Numbered from the stretch's first letter, positions 48,813-58,209 are shown. The stretch is DNA of 64,000 nt from an uncultured Candidatus Saccharibacteria bacterium (GCA_964608605.1 CAZSOS010000001.1:207452-271451); one strand, 5' to 3'. A program made the numbers and translations. The notes: generated by a model from the sequence alone, not told the origin.

Positions 48813-49346
48813 TCATCGAGCATCTGGTCGCGACTCCACAGCGTTCATGATCTTGGCCTTGAGGGCGCGAGGGTCGGGAAGGTGGTCCATATGGAATTCT
48901 TCCTCGCCGTGGCCGGCGGTTTCAGCGCGGAGTGTGCCGAAGTCGAGCAAGGTGGGCAGGATGCCATCGATCTCCACGTTCACTTCCTGCAAGCGCTCCA
49001 GGCGGAAGCTGGCGAGACTCCGACGCCAAAAGCCTTTTTGATTGGCGATGATCAGTCGGTGGTTGGTGATGACCAGAACGTCGAGATAGTAGTCGGTCCA
49101 AGCGGTAAAAGCAGCGATCCAGGTAAACAAGATCCACACCGCGTAGCCGTAGATCAGGTGCGGAGTATACGAAGCGAGATCAAAAGGGAAGACAGTTTGA
49201 TTGCTGCTCACAAATATCAAGAGGATCGGTGGGATCAACGCCACCAGGAAGAAACCCGCCAATTGCACGATGATAAGAAACTTGTGGCGGCGTGTGACCG
49301 CCAACACCTCCTCTCCAGCTTCCAGGTTGACGCGGTCAATTAACAT
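48813..49346 (-). CDS. bacterial PH-domain (bPH_2/YdbS-like) membrane protein
   Basis: Two N-terminal TM helices followed by a PH-like domain (VLITNHRLIIANQKGFWRRS). Confidence 0.65.
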   Translation of the reverse strand: MLIDRVNLEAGEEVLAVTRRHKFLIIVQLAGFFLVALIPPILLIFVSSNQTVFPFDLASYTPHLIYGYAVWILFTWIAAFTAWTDYYLDVLVITNHRLIIANQKGFWRRSLASFRLERLQEVNVEIDGILPTLLDFGTLRAETAGHGEEEFHMDHLPDPRALKAKIMNAVESRPDAR

Positions 49347-49539
49347 ATTGCAGACTTAAAAACATCACGCCAAGACAAATGATGGCACCGCCGAGGAAGA
49401 TCAAGAGCGCCAAACTAGCGTGACCTTGCTTGGTGCCGTACTGATACCAGTGATAGCCGAAGATCCAGGCATAGCCGACAGTGAGCGGCAAAACCGCATA
49501 GAAGAATAGGGTAGCCACCAGCGGTATCAGGGTTTCCAT
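49336..49539 (-). CDS. small 2-TM membrane protein (hypothetical)
   Basis: Likely start METLIPLVATLFFYAV. Tightly packed between prmC and the bPH gene. Confidence 0.4.
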   Translation of the reverse strand: METLIPLVATLFFYAVLPLTVGYAWIFGYHWYQYGTKQGHASLALLIFLGGAIICLGVMFLSLQYVN

Positions 49540-49546
49540 GCGGATA

Positions 49547-50425
49547 TTATGACATGAGTACACTGAAGCGTTCGATGCCGTACTGGTCGGGGTGGGTGGA
49601 GGCGCGGAAGCCTTTGGCTTCCGCGCTTTGTCGTATGGTCGTCGATTGTTCAGGCTCATGCTCGATCCATAGCTGGCCGCCGGGATTCAGATATTCGGCA
49701 GCGGTGTTTATGATATCATTGATGATATCAAGACCATGTTTCCCCCCATAGAGGGCCAGCCGTGGTTCAAATTTTTTCACCGAGGTTTCCGCTCGGTCCA
49801 ATACTGGATCAATGTATGGAGGATTGGTCAGGATAAAGTCATATCGAAACTCGCGGAAATGGCGATCTTCTTCGTTGCGGGTCCCCGACGGCTCCTCACC
49901 ATATAGCGCATATGGCTCCTTCTCCGTCGTACCCGCGCCTTGAAGCTCATCCATTTCCGCGAGTTTCGGTCGTGTCTTGGGAACGTTTTCAAAAAGATCG
50001 CCTCCGAAGACGCGCGAGCGTTCACCGTCGATACCGTTCATCTCTAAATTTTTACGGATAGTGGCGTGATGGCCCGCGTCGATCTCGGCGAGATCGACGC
50101 GGGCCATCGGCACGGCCTTAGCGACCGCCACCCCGACACAGCCGGAGCCGGCACACAGATCGAGCACGCGGGAGTTCCGTCTAGTCTGACGAGCCGAGAT
50201 CGTGGCGATAGCTTGTTCCACCCAATACTCGGTCTCGGGGCGGGGGATAAGCGGTTTAGAATCCAGGTGAATGCAACAACCGAGAAAGGGGACATGGCCG
50301 ATGACGTAAGCCAATGGTTCGCCAGATCGCAGGCGCTCTAAGTCGGCTCGGAAAGCTTCACTTTCCGCGCCTTCATGCTTCTCCGAAAGCAGCCATCTTT
50401 CTTCTTGATTTAGACTCATTTTCAT
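49547..50425 (-). CDS. prmC: release factor glutamine N5-methyltransferase
   Basis: SAM-binding DLCAGSGCVGVA and the NPPY motif. Contains an internal insertion. Confidence 0.88.
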   Translation of the reverse strand: MKMSLNQEERWLLSEKHEGAESEAFRADLERLRSGEPLAYVIGHVPFLGCCIHLDSKPLIPRPETEYWVEQAIATISARQTRRNSRVLDLCAGSGCVGVAVAKAVPMARVDLAEIDAGHHATIRKNLEMNGIDGERSRVFGGDLFENVPKTRPKLAEMDELQGAGTTEKEPYALYGEEPSGTRNEEDRHFREFRYDFILTNPPYIDPVLDRAETSVKKFEPRLALYGGKHGLDIINDIINTAAEYLNPGGQLWIEHEPEQSTTIRQSAEAKGFRASTHPDQYGIERFSVLMS

Positions 50426-50478
50426 GATATAATCATAGATAGAGACCTATTGTCAATGTCAATTGCGGAGAAGCATCC

Positions 50479-50886
50479 ATGACGACCATCTTTCTCAACC
50501 TCGGTCCTCGGCAGAGCGGTGGTGAACTGCTTGCCGACGCGCCGTTCAGAGCCTTCGTGAAGTTCAAAACCGCTCACGTAAAGGATGGCGGCGTGGCGGT
50601 TTTGAAACTGAAAGAGGGCGAAAGCCACATCGGTACTGCCACCATCGACTGGTCCGAGGCCGAGGCGCGGAGACATCCGAAGCAAGGCGGCAAGTATCTG
50701 GTCGGAAACGGATCCCTCGACGAGTTCGACCTGCAAACAAAGCGCGTGTTTCGTGACTGGCAAGTTGCCGACCTTATCGCCAACTCCATGAGCAAGGCTG
50801 GGTGGATCTACCACTGCTATGACCACGGCATCAGCGACAAGGAGAGCCATGACATGTTCGAAGCATGGATCGAGAAAAACCTATGA
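50479..50886 (+). CDS. hypothetical protein, paralog 1 (135 aa)
   Basis: GGAGAAG RBS and its own terminator. Its C-terminal DMFEAWIEKNL and internal IDW resemble the next gene. Confidence 0.6.
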   Translation: MTTIFLNLGPRQSGGELLADAPFRAFVKFKTAHVKDGGVAVLKLKEGESHIGTATIDWSEAEARRHPKQGGKYLVGNGSLDEFDLQTKRVFRDWQVADLIANSMSKAGWIYHCYDHGISDKESHDMFEAWIEKNL

Positions 50887-50925
50887 ACAAACCCCGTGGT
50901 GCTCAGGCACCACGGGGGTTTATCT
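50887..50925 (+). terminator. intrinsic terminator
   Basis: ACAAACCCCGTGGTGCTCAGGCACCACGGGGGTTTAT. Confidence 0.75.
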
Positions 50926-51021
50926 TGACCCCGAGCTAAGCGGAGATGGATTATTGTTTGATTTCTATATGAATTCATGTTATAATAGAAACAGATAGGC
51001 TTTTTCGAAAGGGAGAACGCC

Positions 51022-51432
51022 ATGGGTCTGTTGCTGGACATTCGCGGACCGAAGCTGGATTCTACATTCCGAGTCTTCGCCAACGTGCCGACCATCCTGC
51101 CGATCCGGTCTGATGGCGGTTCGGTCAGGATCGACCTTTATCACCACAGTTTCGAACAGGGATATGCCCTGATCGACTGGGGGCAGGTCAGAGAAGCACA
51201 CAACGCGCTCATCGGTACCTACGTCTTCGCTGACGCCGCCATCACCGAGCTCTACACCCACAAGGATGAGTCCGAGAAGCAGATCTTGCCGCTTCTCATG
51301 GGGGCCATGCTCAACTGCGGTTGGCATCCCGAAGTGGGGTCGGTGAATTCGACCAAGCATAACAACGATCCGGATTTCCAGTCCTGGATCCGGCGACATC
51401 TGGCGCGACCTCGTCACGCCAGAGCCATATGA
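51022..51432 (+). CDS. hypothetical protein, paralog 2 (136 aa)
   Basis: GGGAGA RBS, C-terminal DFQSWIRRHL and its own terminator. Confidence 0.6.
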   Translation: MGLLLDIRGPKLDSTFRVFANVPTILPIRSDGGSVRIDLYHHSFEQGYALIDWGQVREAHNALIGTYVFADAAITELYTHKDESEKQILPLLMGAMLNCGWHPEVGSVNSTKHNNDPDFQSWIRRHLARPRHARAI

Positions 51433-51437
51433 GAGAT

Positions 51438-51475
51438 CCCCCGGCGCGCTAGCGCGCCGGGGGATCATTTCGTCT
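51438..51475 (+). terminator. intrinsic terminator
   Basis: ATCCCCCGGCGCGCTAGCGCGCCGGGGGATCATTT. Confidence 0.75.
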
Positions 51476-51514
51476 TAAAGCCGAAATCGGCCCATCGTGC
51501 TATCATCTTAACCT

Positions 51515-52276
51515 ATGGCAAACAGCACGCTGGCCCTGGAGATCAAGCATCTCACTAAAAGATACGGCGATAAAACGGCAGTAGACGACATCTCCTTGAC
51601 CATCAACAAAGGAAGCTTTTTCGGTCTCTTGGGTCCCAACGGCGCCGGAAAGTCCACCACTATCCACTGCATCACCGGCATCGCCCAGCCGACCGAGGGG
51701 CAGATCCTGATCGACGGCACGGACGTCGTCGAAGACTACAAGCTGGCCCGGACCAAGGTCGGCCTGTCGCCGCAGGAGTTCAACGTGGATATCTTCGCCA
51801 CGCCGGAGCAGCTCATGGACTACATGGGAGGCTACTACGGCATTCCACGAGAACGACGCTCCGAACGGATCAACGAGCTGATCGCTCGTTTCGATCTTGA
51901 AAAACACCGCCACGTGAAGTTCCAAAAACTCTCTGGCGGCCTCAAGCGTCGAGCTATGTTGGCTCGCGCCTTGGTCCACACTCCGGATCTACTCATCCTG
52001 GACGAGCCGACCGCCGGCGTGGACGTGGAGCAACGCCACGACCTTTGGGCCTACCTCAAGGAGATGAACGAGCGCGGCAAGACCATCATCCTCACCTCCC
52101 ACTATCTCGAGGAAGTGCAATATCTCTGTAACGAGATCGCCATTATCAACCATGGAAAGATCGTCGCCGAAGGCACCAAGGAGGAATTCATGAAGGAAGG
52201 GAAGTCGGTCGAGCAAACTTACCTGGAGGTAATTAAAAATGAAAATCTTAAAATGCAAAGTGACAATTTAAAGTAA
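51515..52276 (+). CDS. ABC transporter ATP-binding protein
   Basis: Walker A GPNGAGKST, signature LSGGLKRR and Walker B ILDEPTAGVD. Confidence 0.92.
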   Translation: MANSTLALEIKHLTKRYGDKTAVDDISLTINKGSFFGLLGPNGAGKSTTIHCITGIAQPTEGQILIDGTDVVEDYKLARTKVGLSPQEFNVDIFATPEQLMDYMGGYYGIPRERRSERINELIARFDLEKHRHVKFQKLSGGLKRRAMLARALVHTPDLLILDEPTAGVDVEQRHDLWAYLKEMNERGKTIILTSHYLEEVQYLCNEIAIINHGKIVAEGTKEEFMKEGKSVEQTYLEVIKNENLKMQSDNLK

Positions 52277-52343
52277 AAAGTTTGGCTCGCCGCTTCGCGG
52301 CTCGCCAACATTTTCCACTTTGAGATTTTAACTTTAAAATTTT

Positions 52344-53105
52344 ATGAACTGGATAGGACTTTACACGATGCTACGCCGCGAAGTCACCCGAACCTTCCGG
52401 GTGGTGGTGCAGACCTTGGTCGCTCCGGTCATTTCGGCAGCCTTATACATCTTTATCTTCGGCACGGTGATCGGCACTCGTATCGATGACTTTGCGGGCG
52501 TGCCGTACATATCGTTCGTCTTTCCCGGTGTGCTAATGCTTTCTATCATTAACGCTTCTTTCGCTTCCGCCTCGAGCTCTCTGTATTTCATGCGCTTCAC
52601 CCGGGGTATCGAAGAAATCCTGATCGCTCCGTTCTCTTACCTGGAAATGCTCTTTGGATTCGTCGGTAGCGCCGTCACCAGGGCGATGATGGTGGCCTTC
52701 TTGATCTTGGGAGTTGGTGTGCTTTTCGGCGCCGTCAGCTTGGTCAATCCACTGATGTTCGTGGTCTATGTGGCCGCCATCTCCGCCATCTTCGCCATGC
52801 TCGGCATCATCGTCGCGCTGTGGGCCGAGAGCTTCGAGCAACTCCAGGTATTGAATACCTTTGTTATCACGCCTTTGACCTATCTCGGCGGTATCTTCTA
52901 CTCCATCACCTTCCTGCCGCCGCTAGCCCAGGAAATTACCCGGCTCAATCCGTTCTTTTATTTCGCCGATGGTATCCGCGGCAGTATGATCGGCTATCAC
53001 GAGGCTAACTCGCTTATCGGCGCGGTGGTTATCTTCGGTCTGGTGATCGTACTAGGCACCCTGGTAACGAATCTGTTCCGGATCGGGTGGAAGATACGAA
53101 ATTAG
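52344..53105 (+). CDS. ABC-2 family transporter permease
   Basis: 6 TM segments with the ABC-2 exporter pattern. Immediately follows the ATPase gene. Confidence 0.85.
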   Translation: MNWIGLYTMLRREVTRTFRVVVQTLVAPVISAALYIFIFGTVIGTRIDDFAGVPYISFVFPGVLMLSIINASFASASSSLYFMRFTRGIEEILIAPFSYLEMLFGFVGSAVTRAMMVAFLILGVGVLFGAVSLVNPLMFVVYVAAISAIFAMLGIIVALWAESFEQLQVLNTFVITPLTYLGGIFYSITFLPPLAQEITRLNPFFYFADGIRGSMIGYHEANSLIGAVVIFGLVIVLGTLVTNLFRIGWKIRN

Positions 53106-53124
53106 GGTAGAGGGTTTAGTATCA

Positions 53125-53165
53125 ACACGCGGGAGGGCGAAGCCCTCCCGCGTGTTGATATAATC
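53125..53165 (+). terminator. intrinsic terminator preceded by TAGGGTAGAGGGTTTAG motif
   Basis: ATCAACACGCGGGAGGGCGAAGCCCTCCCGCGTGTTGAT. The 17-mer upstream also occurs at 2296-2312. Confidence 0.7.
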
Positions 53166-53170
53166 AAACG

Positions 53171-54178
53171 ATGGAAAAAGAAGCTCTCTACAGGACCGCG
53201 AAGCTGTTGATGTCGCCAGGAAAAGGTATCCTAGCGGCTGATCAGAGCGTTACCACCATGGACAAGCAGCTCCAGGCCATCGGTGCTCCCGCCGATGCCG
53301 AGTCCCGCCGTCTCTATCGCCAGCTTCTTTTCACCGCGCCCGGCATCGAAAAGTACGTCACCGGCATCATCCTCTATGACGCCACCATCAGAAATCACAC
53401 CGACGACGGCACCGCCTTCGTGGATTTCCTCATCGCCAAGGGCATCATCCCGATCATCAAGGTCGATAAGAGTACCGTGCCGTTTGAAGGTTTCGAAGGT
53501 GAAGTGGTGACCGAAGGACTCGATGGCCTCAAAGAACGTTTGGAGGAATATCACAAAATGGGCGCCCGAGCCGCCAAGTGGCGGGCGGTCATCACCATCG
53601 GTGAAAACCTGCCGACTCTCGATAGTATTAAGTTCAACGCCATGCTGCTGGCCCGCTACGCTCGTCTCTGCCAAGAGACCGGGATCGTGCCTATCGTCGA
53701 GCCGGAAGTTATCTATGAGGGTGCTCACGACCTAGCGCGCGCCGAGGAGGTGACCGCGCTCACCATCAAGACCGTCTTCGCGGTCTTGATCCAATACCGC
53801 GTGGATTTGAAGGCCGTCATCTTAAAGACCAGTATGGTCTTAGCCGGCAGTAACAACGAAAAGGCCAGCACATCGGAAGAAGTAGCCGAAGCCACCGTAC
53901 GAGTCCTGGATTCGGCGGTGCCAAGCGAGGTGCCGGGCGTGGTCTTTCTCTCCGGCGGCCAGACTCCCGAACAGGTGACGGCCAACTTCAATGCCATCGG
54001 AAAAGTGGAGAAGGAAAGAGGCGGACTGCCATGGCAGCTAGCTTTCTCCTTCTCCCGCGGCATCGAGCAGCCGGTCCAGGAAACCTGGAAAGGACAGCCG
54101 GAAAATGTAGCGGCGGCTCAGCAGAAACTGATAGAAGTGTTGGAAAGGAATTGTAAGGCGGATCAGGGACAGCTGTAG
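53171..54178 (+). CDS. fba: fructose-bisphosphate aldolase class I
   Basis: LLMSPGKGILAADQSVTTMDKQL...and Schiff-base lysine region typical of class I FBA. Confidence 0.88.
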   Translation: MEKEALYRTAKLLMSPGKGILAADQSVTTMDKQLQAIGAPADAESRRLYRQLLFTAPGIEKYVTGIILYDATIRNHTDDGTAFVDFLIAKGIIPIIKVDKSTVPFEGFEGEVVTEGLDGLKERLEEYHKMGARAAKWRAVITIGENLPTLDSIKFNAMLLARYARLCQETGIVPIVEPEVIYEGAHDLARAEEVTALTIKTVFAVLIQYRVDLKAVILKTSMVLAGSNNEKASTSEEVAEATVRVLDSAVPSEVPGVVFLSGGQTPEQVTANFNAIGKVEKERGGLPWQLAFSFSRGIEQPVQETWKGQPENVAAAQQKLIEVLERNCKADQGQL

Positions 54179-54214
54179 TTACAAAGTGGCAGAGTTTCAG
54201 AGTTACAGAGTCAA

Positions 54215-54255
54215 ACCCCCGCGGGCCTTCGGCCCGCGGGGGTTTTGATATTTAT
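54215..54255 (+). terminator. intrinsic terminator
   Basis: CAAACCCCCGCGGGCCTTCGGCCCGCGGGGGTTTTG. Confidence 0.75.
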
Positions 54256-54555
54256 AAAAATAAAAAGGCCCTGCCGTGCGATAGTCGCGCAGCAGGGCCT
54301 CCATGACCATCATGTCCCGCTCTGCGGGACTTTTGGTGACCGGTTGTTGTTGATCAAAGAGCGAGCCGCGAATGAATCTGGTCAGAATTCCATCCGGCTG
54401 GGGGTTCTGTCACACTGACGGCAGTTACGAACATTCGGGAACCATCCCAGTTCACATTTATGTCACGAAGGACAGGTCGTGTGCTGGGTCGTCGGTCGGT
54501 CACCTCCATTGGAACCAGCGATTAGGCTTCGAGCTGGACTGCCCGCGACGGCGGA

Positions 54556-54705
54556 CTAGATGCCGACCTCGTCGCCGAGGTCCTGGATCGCGGTGGTGCC
54601 GAGGTCGACGTAGACGTCGCTCGCGGCGCCGACCGGCGTGATGCGGATGTTCAGCTTGTTGGCCTTGGGGCCGAAAACAAAGGTCTTGTTCTTCACTTCC
54701 TGCAT
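54556..54705 (-). CDS. 49-aa small protein (hypothetical) with strong promoter
   Basis: GGAAAGGAA RBS. Sequence MQEVKNKTFVFGPKANKLNIRITPVGAASDVYVDLGTTAIQDLGDEVGI. Terminator on the same strand at ~54270-54303. Confidence 0.4.
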   Translation of the reverse strand: MQEVKNKTFVFGPKANKLNIRITPVGAASDVYVDLGTTAIQDLGDEVGI

Positions 54706-54740
54706 AGGATTCCTTTCCCTGCTGGTTGAAGTTACCCATA

Positions 54741-54768
54741 TAGTATACACAAAATAGGGTAAAAGTCA
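54741..54768 (-). promoter_or_regulatory. near-consensus promoter TTGACT-N16-TATACT (minus strand)
   Basis: Read as the reverse complement of the plus strand. Lies upstream of the 49-aa ORF. Confidence 0.5.
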
Positions 54769-54785
54769 AGTGGTTGGGGGATAAA

Positions 54786-54860
54786 AGCGGCGGGCCTTCG
54801 ATCCCGCCGCTTTTAACTTCCAAAAAACAAAGAAACCCGCCGATTTGGCGGGTTTTACTT
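54786..54860 (-). terminator. tandem intrinsic terminators downstream of rpmG
   Basis: AAAGCGGCGGGCCTTCGATCCCGCCGCTTTT and AAACCCGCCGATTTGGCGGGTTTT. Confidence 0.7.
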
Positions 54861-55038
54861 ATTTCTTCTGGGTGTAGACCACGTGCTTCCTAAGCTTCTT
54901 GTTGTACTTCTTGAGGGAAAGCTTCTTGGAAGGGTCCTTTTTGTTCTTGTTATTGTAACGAGTGTAGTACACGTCGGCAGACACCCCGGTATTCGGGTCG
55001 GCCTTGGATACCAGCTTGATAAGTCTATCCTGTGACAT
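54859..55038 (-). CDS. rpmG: 50S ribosomal protein L33
   Basis: DRLIKLVSKADPNTGVSADVYYTRYNNKNKK...LKKYNKKLRKHVVYTQKK matches the L33 pattern. Promoter TTGACC-N17-TATCTT ends 10 nt before the ATG, so the mRNA is leaderless. Confidence 0.8.
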   Translation of the reverse strand: MSQDRLIKLVSKADPNTGVSADVYYTRYNNKNKKDPSKKLSLKKYNKKLRKHVVYTQKK

Positions 55039-55048
55039 AGTGGCTAGA

Positions 55049-55077
55049 AAGATACCAGAAAATGCCTTTTTGGTCAA
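55049..55077 (-). promoter_or_regulatory. promoter TTGACC-N17-TATCTT for leaderless rpmG
   Basis: Read directly from the reverse complement. Confidence 0.5.
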
Positions 55078-55111
55078 TCAGGGAGGGACACAGGCTCCTT
55101 ATATCGGATTC

Positions 55112-55933
55112 TCAAAACCGCTTCCGCCAAAATCCGAACCCGAAGGGCAGCGGGCGATAGATTCCTATCGTAGAGCGGTGGATGGAATAGGCCAGTCCGT
55201 CCGTACCCAACCGTCTGGCGATCTCGCCAGCGAGCGAACGCATGTAGGTGCCGCTTGAAGCCACGCACCTAAGGCGAGCTATCTGGACCCGCTGGCCTTT
55301 GTGAGCCTCCAGCCAGGCCTGCCACGCGGCTCGCACCTCGTGGCGGCGGAAATCGCGGCCGAGCGCTTTACTCTCTTCGGTGACCGGCAAAATGGAATCG
55401 ATCCGGGCCAAGGCGTCGTCATAGACCTGTTCGGCCGCGACTTCTCGAAGCGAGAGGAGCGACAGATTATGAATGACCGTATGGGCCATGGGGATCTCGA
55501 TCTCCGCCAGTCGTCCTTCCAACGTCCAGACATGGAGCGGTTTGCCCTGGACGGTGCGGGCAGAGAAGTGGGGATAGGGAAGGGAGAGTGGGCCGGTGAG
55601 GCCGCGCGCGGCGGCGCGAAGCGCCGCCGGCCCGATCCGTGTCGAGCCCACGCCTTCGATCAAGCCGAGGATGTCGCCGGTGTCAGACCGGCTGCCGAAC
55701 AACACCTCGAATTCGTACTCCTTATCAAGCCCATGATATCGGGCTTGGCGTTTGCATTCCTCGCCGATGAGGACGAGAAGCTTGCCCGAAGCCATCGGAT
55801 CGAGGCGACCAGCGTAGGCAAGTGGCACGTCGGCCAGCTGGGGATGCTCTTGCTGATAGCGCCGGAGGGCCTGGAGCGGTGTCTCGCCGATCCGCTTTTC
55901 TAGCACCACGTATTTCGGTAACTCATTCATCAC
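55112..55933 (-). CDS. truB: tRNA pseudouridine(55) synthase
   Basis: YAGRLDPMASGKLLVLIGEECK catalytic Asp motif of TruB. Confidence 0.85.
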   Translation of the reverse strand: MMNELPKYVVLEKRIGETPLQALRRYQQEHPQLADVPLAYAGRLDPMASGKLLVLIGEECKRQARYHGLDKEYEFEVLFGSRSDTGDILGLIEGVGSTRIGPAALRAAARGLTGPLSLPYPHFSARTVQGKPLHVWTLEGRLAEIEIPMAHTVIHNLSLLSLREVAAEQVYDDALARIDSILPVTEESKALGRDFRRHEVRAAWQAWLEAHKGQRVQIARLRCVASSGTYMRSLAGEIARRLGTDGLAYSIHRSTIGIYRPLPFGFGFWRKRF

Positions 55934-56075
55934 CGACTAGATATATAGGCATTCACTATAAGAAGCAAGATGAAGCCGAGGATCCAGGGCAGTAGGGTTT
56001 TTAACATCAGAATAGTATACCGCAAAGAAAAAGGGCGGCGGGCCATTGGCCCGCCGCCCGATGAAGGGGATCGTC

Positions 56076-56450
56076 TCACTTTTTCCAGCAGTGCCGGGAA
56101 GCCTTCCAGGGTTTCGTGCCTTCGGTGCGATAGAGGTGACGTGCGTAGGCCAGGTTGCCCTCAAGCTTGTGGATATCGAACCCTAGCCTGGCCGCCGGCC
56201 GCCGATGTACCGATGACATGATCTGCATCACGCCGGTGGCGCTGGAGGCCGGATTCTTGAGCACCCTTCCTTTATCGTCGAAATGGCGCATCCCCGATTC
56301 GCACTTGGCGATGGAAATGAGTACCGGGTGGGAGGCGAAGGTTTTCCTCACCTCCTGTTCCGTGTACGACCGGGCATGTGTCGTGGTGGCGGCCGTCATC
56401 ATAACAATGGCAGTCCCCAACAAAACGCATATCAGACCCTTATTTTTCAA
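56076..56450 (-). CDS. small secreted lytic transglycosylase (SLT domain)
   Basis: TTG start with AAAGGAG RBS. Signal peptide, catalytic ES in IAKCESGMRHFD, and ATGVMQIM. Confidence 0.75.
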   Translation of the reverse strand: MKNKGLICVLLGTAIVMMTAATTTHARSYTEQEVRKTFASHPVLISIAKCESGMRHFDDKGRVLKNPASSATGVMQIMSSVHRRPAARLGFDIHKLEGNLAYARHLYRTEGTKPWKASRHCWKK

Positions 56451-56506
56451 CGTTCAAACTCCTTTGAACCATTGCGGTGTACCGCCCGAACACTAAGACG
56501 CATAGC

Positions 56507-56545
56507 GGCGGGATTTCTTTCAGGCCACTGAAAGAAATCCCGCCG
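56507..56545. other. strong hairpin in divergent intergenic region (GGCGGGATTTCTTTCAG-GCCAC-TGAAAGAAATCCCGCC)
   Basis: Perfect 17-bp stem. Lies in the 5' UTR of the GH18 gene, between it and the SLT gene. Confidence 0.5.
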
Positions 56546-56555
56546 CCGTTCGTCT

Positions 56556-57743
56556 TTGGACAATATGGCAAAGATAAAGATACTAATAGGAGTATTGATA
56601 CTCGTATTATTCACCCCGGCCTCCTTGGCCTCGGCCGCGGCGCTGGAGGTCGGAGGCTGGATACCTTATTGGCAGGACACCATGGGTACCGAAAGTGCCT
56701 TTAGGCAGATGGACAAGCTCGACACCGTCTATCCCTTCGCTTTCGAAGTATCGTCGGTCGGCATCCCCGTGGACAAGGCCGATCTGACCGAACGCAAATG
56801 GCAGGACCTGTTCAAGGAAGCCCGCCAGAACGACGTGGAGATCATCCCGACCATCCTCTGGAATAACGGCGCCGAGATACATCGGGTGCTCAGCAATCCG
56901 ATCTGGCGGGCCGTGCACATTGAGATCATCGCCCGCATGGTGGAAGCTGGTGATTTCGACGGCATCAACATCGACTACGAATCCAAGCTGGCCGAGACCA
57001 AGGACCATTACTCCACCTTCCTCAAGGAACTTAAGGAACGGCTGAACGGTAGATCTCTTACTTGTACCGTCGAAGCACGCATGCCGCCTGAGAGCCGCTG
57101 GCGCGAGATCCCGGCCGTCATCGAGTACGCCAACGACTACCGCGCCATCGGCCAGCACTGCGACGTCGTGGAGATCATGGCCTACGACCAGCAGCGCGCC
57201 GACCTGCTCTTGAACGACGCCCGCAAAGGCGAGCCGTACATCCCGGTCGCCGATACCGAGTGGGTGGAGAAGGTGGTGAAGCTGGCGCTCAAGGACATTC
57301 CCGCCTCCAAGATAATGCTCGGAGTCCCCACCTATGGCCGCCAATGGACCCTGACCGTCGAACCGGATTGGTTCAAGGAATACCAGAGCGTCGGCGCCAT
57401 CAACCTGCCGGACGCCGAGGAGCTGGCCGAGGACTACGACGCCCCGATCGGCCGCAACAGCGCCGGCGAGGCCAGCTACACCTTCTTCCACCAGGATTCC
57501 ATCTTCAGCATCCTCAATGTCCTGCCGACGCCGGACGGCACTAAGCCCGGCTTCGAAGCCGCCGCCAAGGCTCTGCTCTTTGCTAACATCGCCAAGATGC
57601 CGGTCCAGGTGAACATCGTCTGGTACTCCGACGCGGTGGCGATCGCCGAGAAGGTCGACCTGGCCGAGAAGCTAGGCCTCAAAGGCATCGCCATCTTCAA
57701 GGTCGACGGGGAAGAGGACCAAGATATCTGGGACCTGTTCTAG
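56556..57743 (+). CDS. secreted glycoside hydrolase family 18-like protein
   Basis: Signal peptide. GH18 catalytic-region motif DFDGINIDYE (DxxDxDxE with the second Asp replaced by Asn), and YDQ. Confidence 0.75.
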   Translation: MDNMAKIKILIGVLILVLFTPASLASAAALEVGGWIPYWQDTMGTESAFRQMDKLDTVYPFAFEVSSVGIPVDKADLTERKWQDLFKEARQNDVEIIPTILWNNGAEIHRVLSNPIWRAVHIEIIARMVEAGDFDGINIDYESKLAETKDHYSTFLKELKERLNGRSLTCTVEARMPPESRWREIPAVIEYANDYRAIGQHCDVVEIMAYDQQRADLLLNDARKGEPYIPVADTEWVEKVVKLALKDIPASKIMLGVPTYGRQWTLTVEPDWFKEYQSVGAINLPDAEELAEDYDAPIGRNSAGEASYTFFHQDSIFSILNVLPTPDGTKPGFEAAAKALLFANIAKMPVQVNIVWYSDAVAIAEKVDLAEKLGLKGIAIFKVDGEEDQDIWDLF

Positions 57744-57816
57744 ACCTAGATCATCTAAGAATCAGTCAGCAAAACGAAAAGAATAAGCGGCGCGGGACTT
57801 ACGTCCCGCGCCGCTT

Positions 57817-58209
57817 TCATGTTGACAATCCCAGCGATCGCGCTTCGATCCTGGAGGCTGGCGACAGCCAATCATACCAGTGGCCTTTGGAAGGTATGGG
57901 CTTGCTCCGTATCAATTTGAGCATCGCTCGATGTTCCTCCGGTATGTGCTGATAAGACAGTCTCCACGCGCCCAGACCACCGACCCAAGGGCGGACCACG
58001 ATCCGTCCGGCCCGGCTCGGATAGAGCCAATACGGCGCGGTCGGATTGAGCGGGTGGACCACTACGATATCGATCGGCGTCTTTCGCCGGTCAGGATTGG
58101 CGTCGAAAATAAGATAACCCGCCTTACCGAGCAATCTCCTCAGCAAAGTTATTCGTCCCCTCATCTCCAAACTATCGGAAATAGGGAGAAGCGATGAATG
58201 TACGTTCAT
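57817..58209 (-). CDS. hypothetical protein (130 aa)
   Basis: GAAGGAG RBS 7 nt before the ATG, directly downstream of ung. No recognisable motifs. Confidence 0.4.
   Translation of the reverse strand: MNVHSSLLPISDSLEMRGRITLLRRLLGKAGYLIFDANPDRRKTPIDIVVVHPLNPTAPYWLYPSRAGRIVVRPWVGGLGAWRLSYQHIPEEHRAMLKLIRSKPIPSKGHWYDWLSPASRIEARSLGLST

Noticed and set aside
54372-54641. An 89-aa plus-strand ORF rich in Arg (RRRTRCRPRRRGPGSRWCRGRRRRRSRRRPA).
   Set aside because: It is the GC-rich antisense of the small-protein transcription unit on the minus strand, and it has no expression signals.
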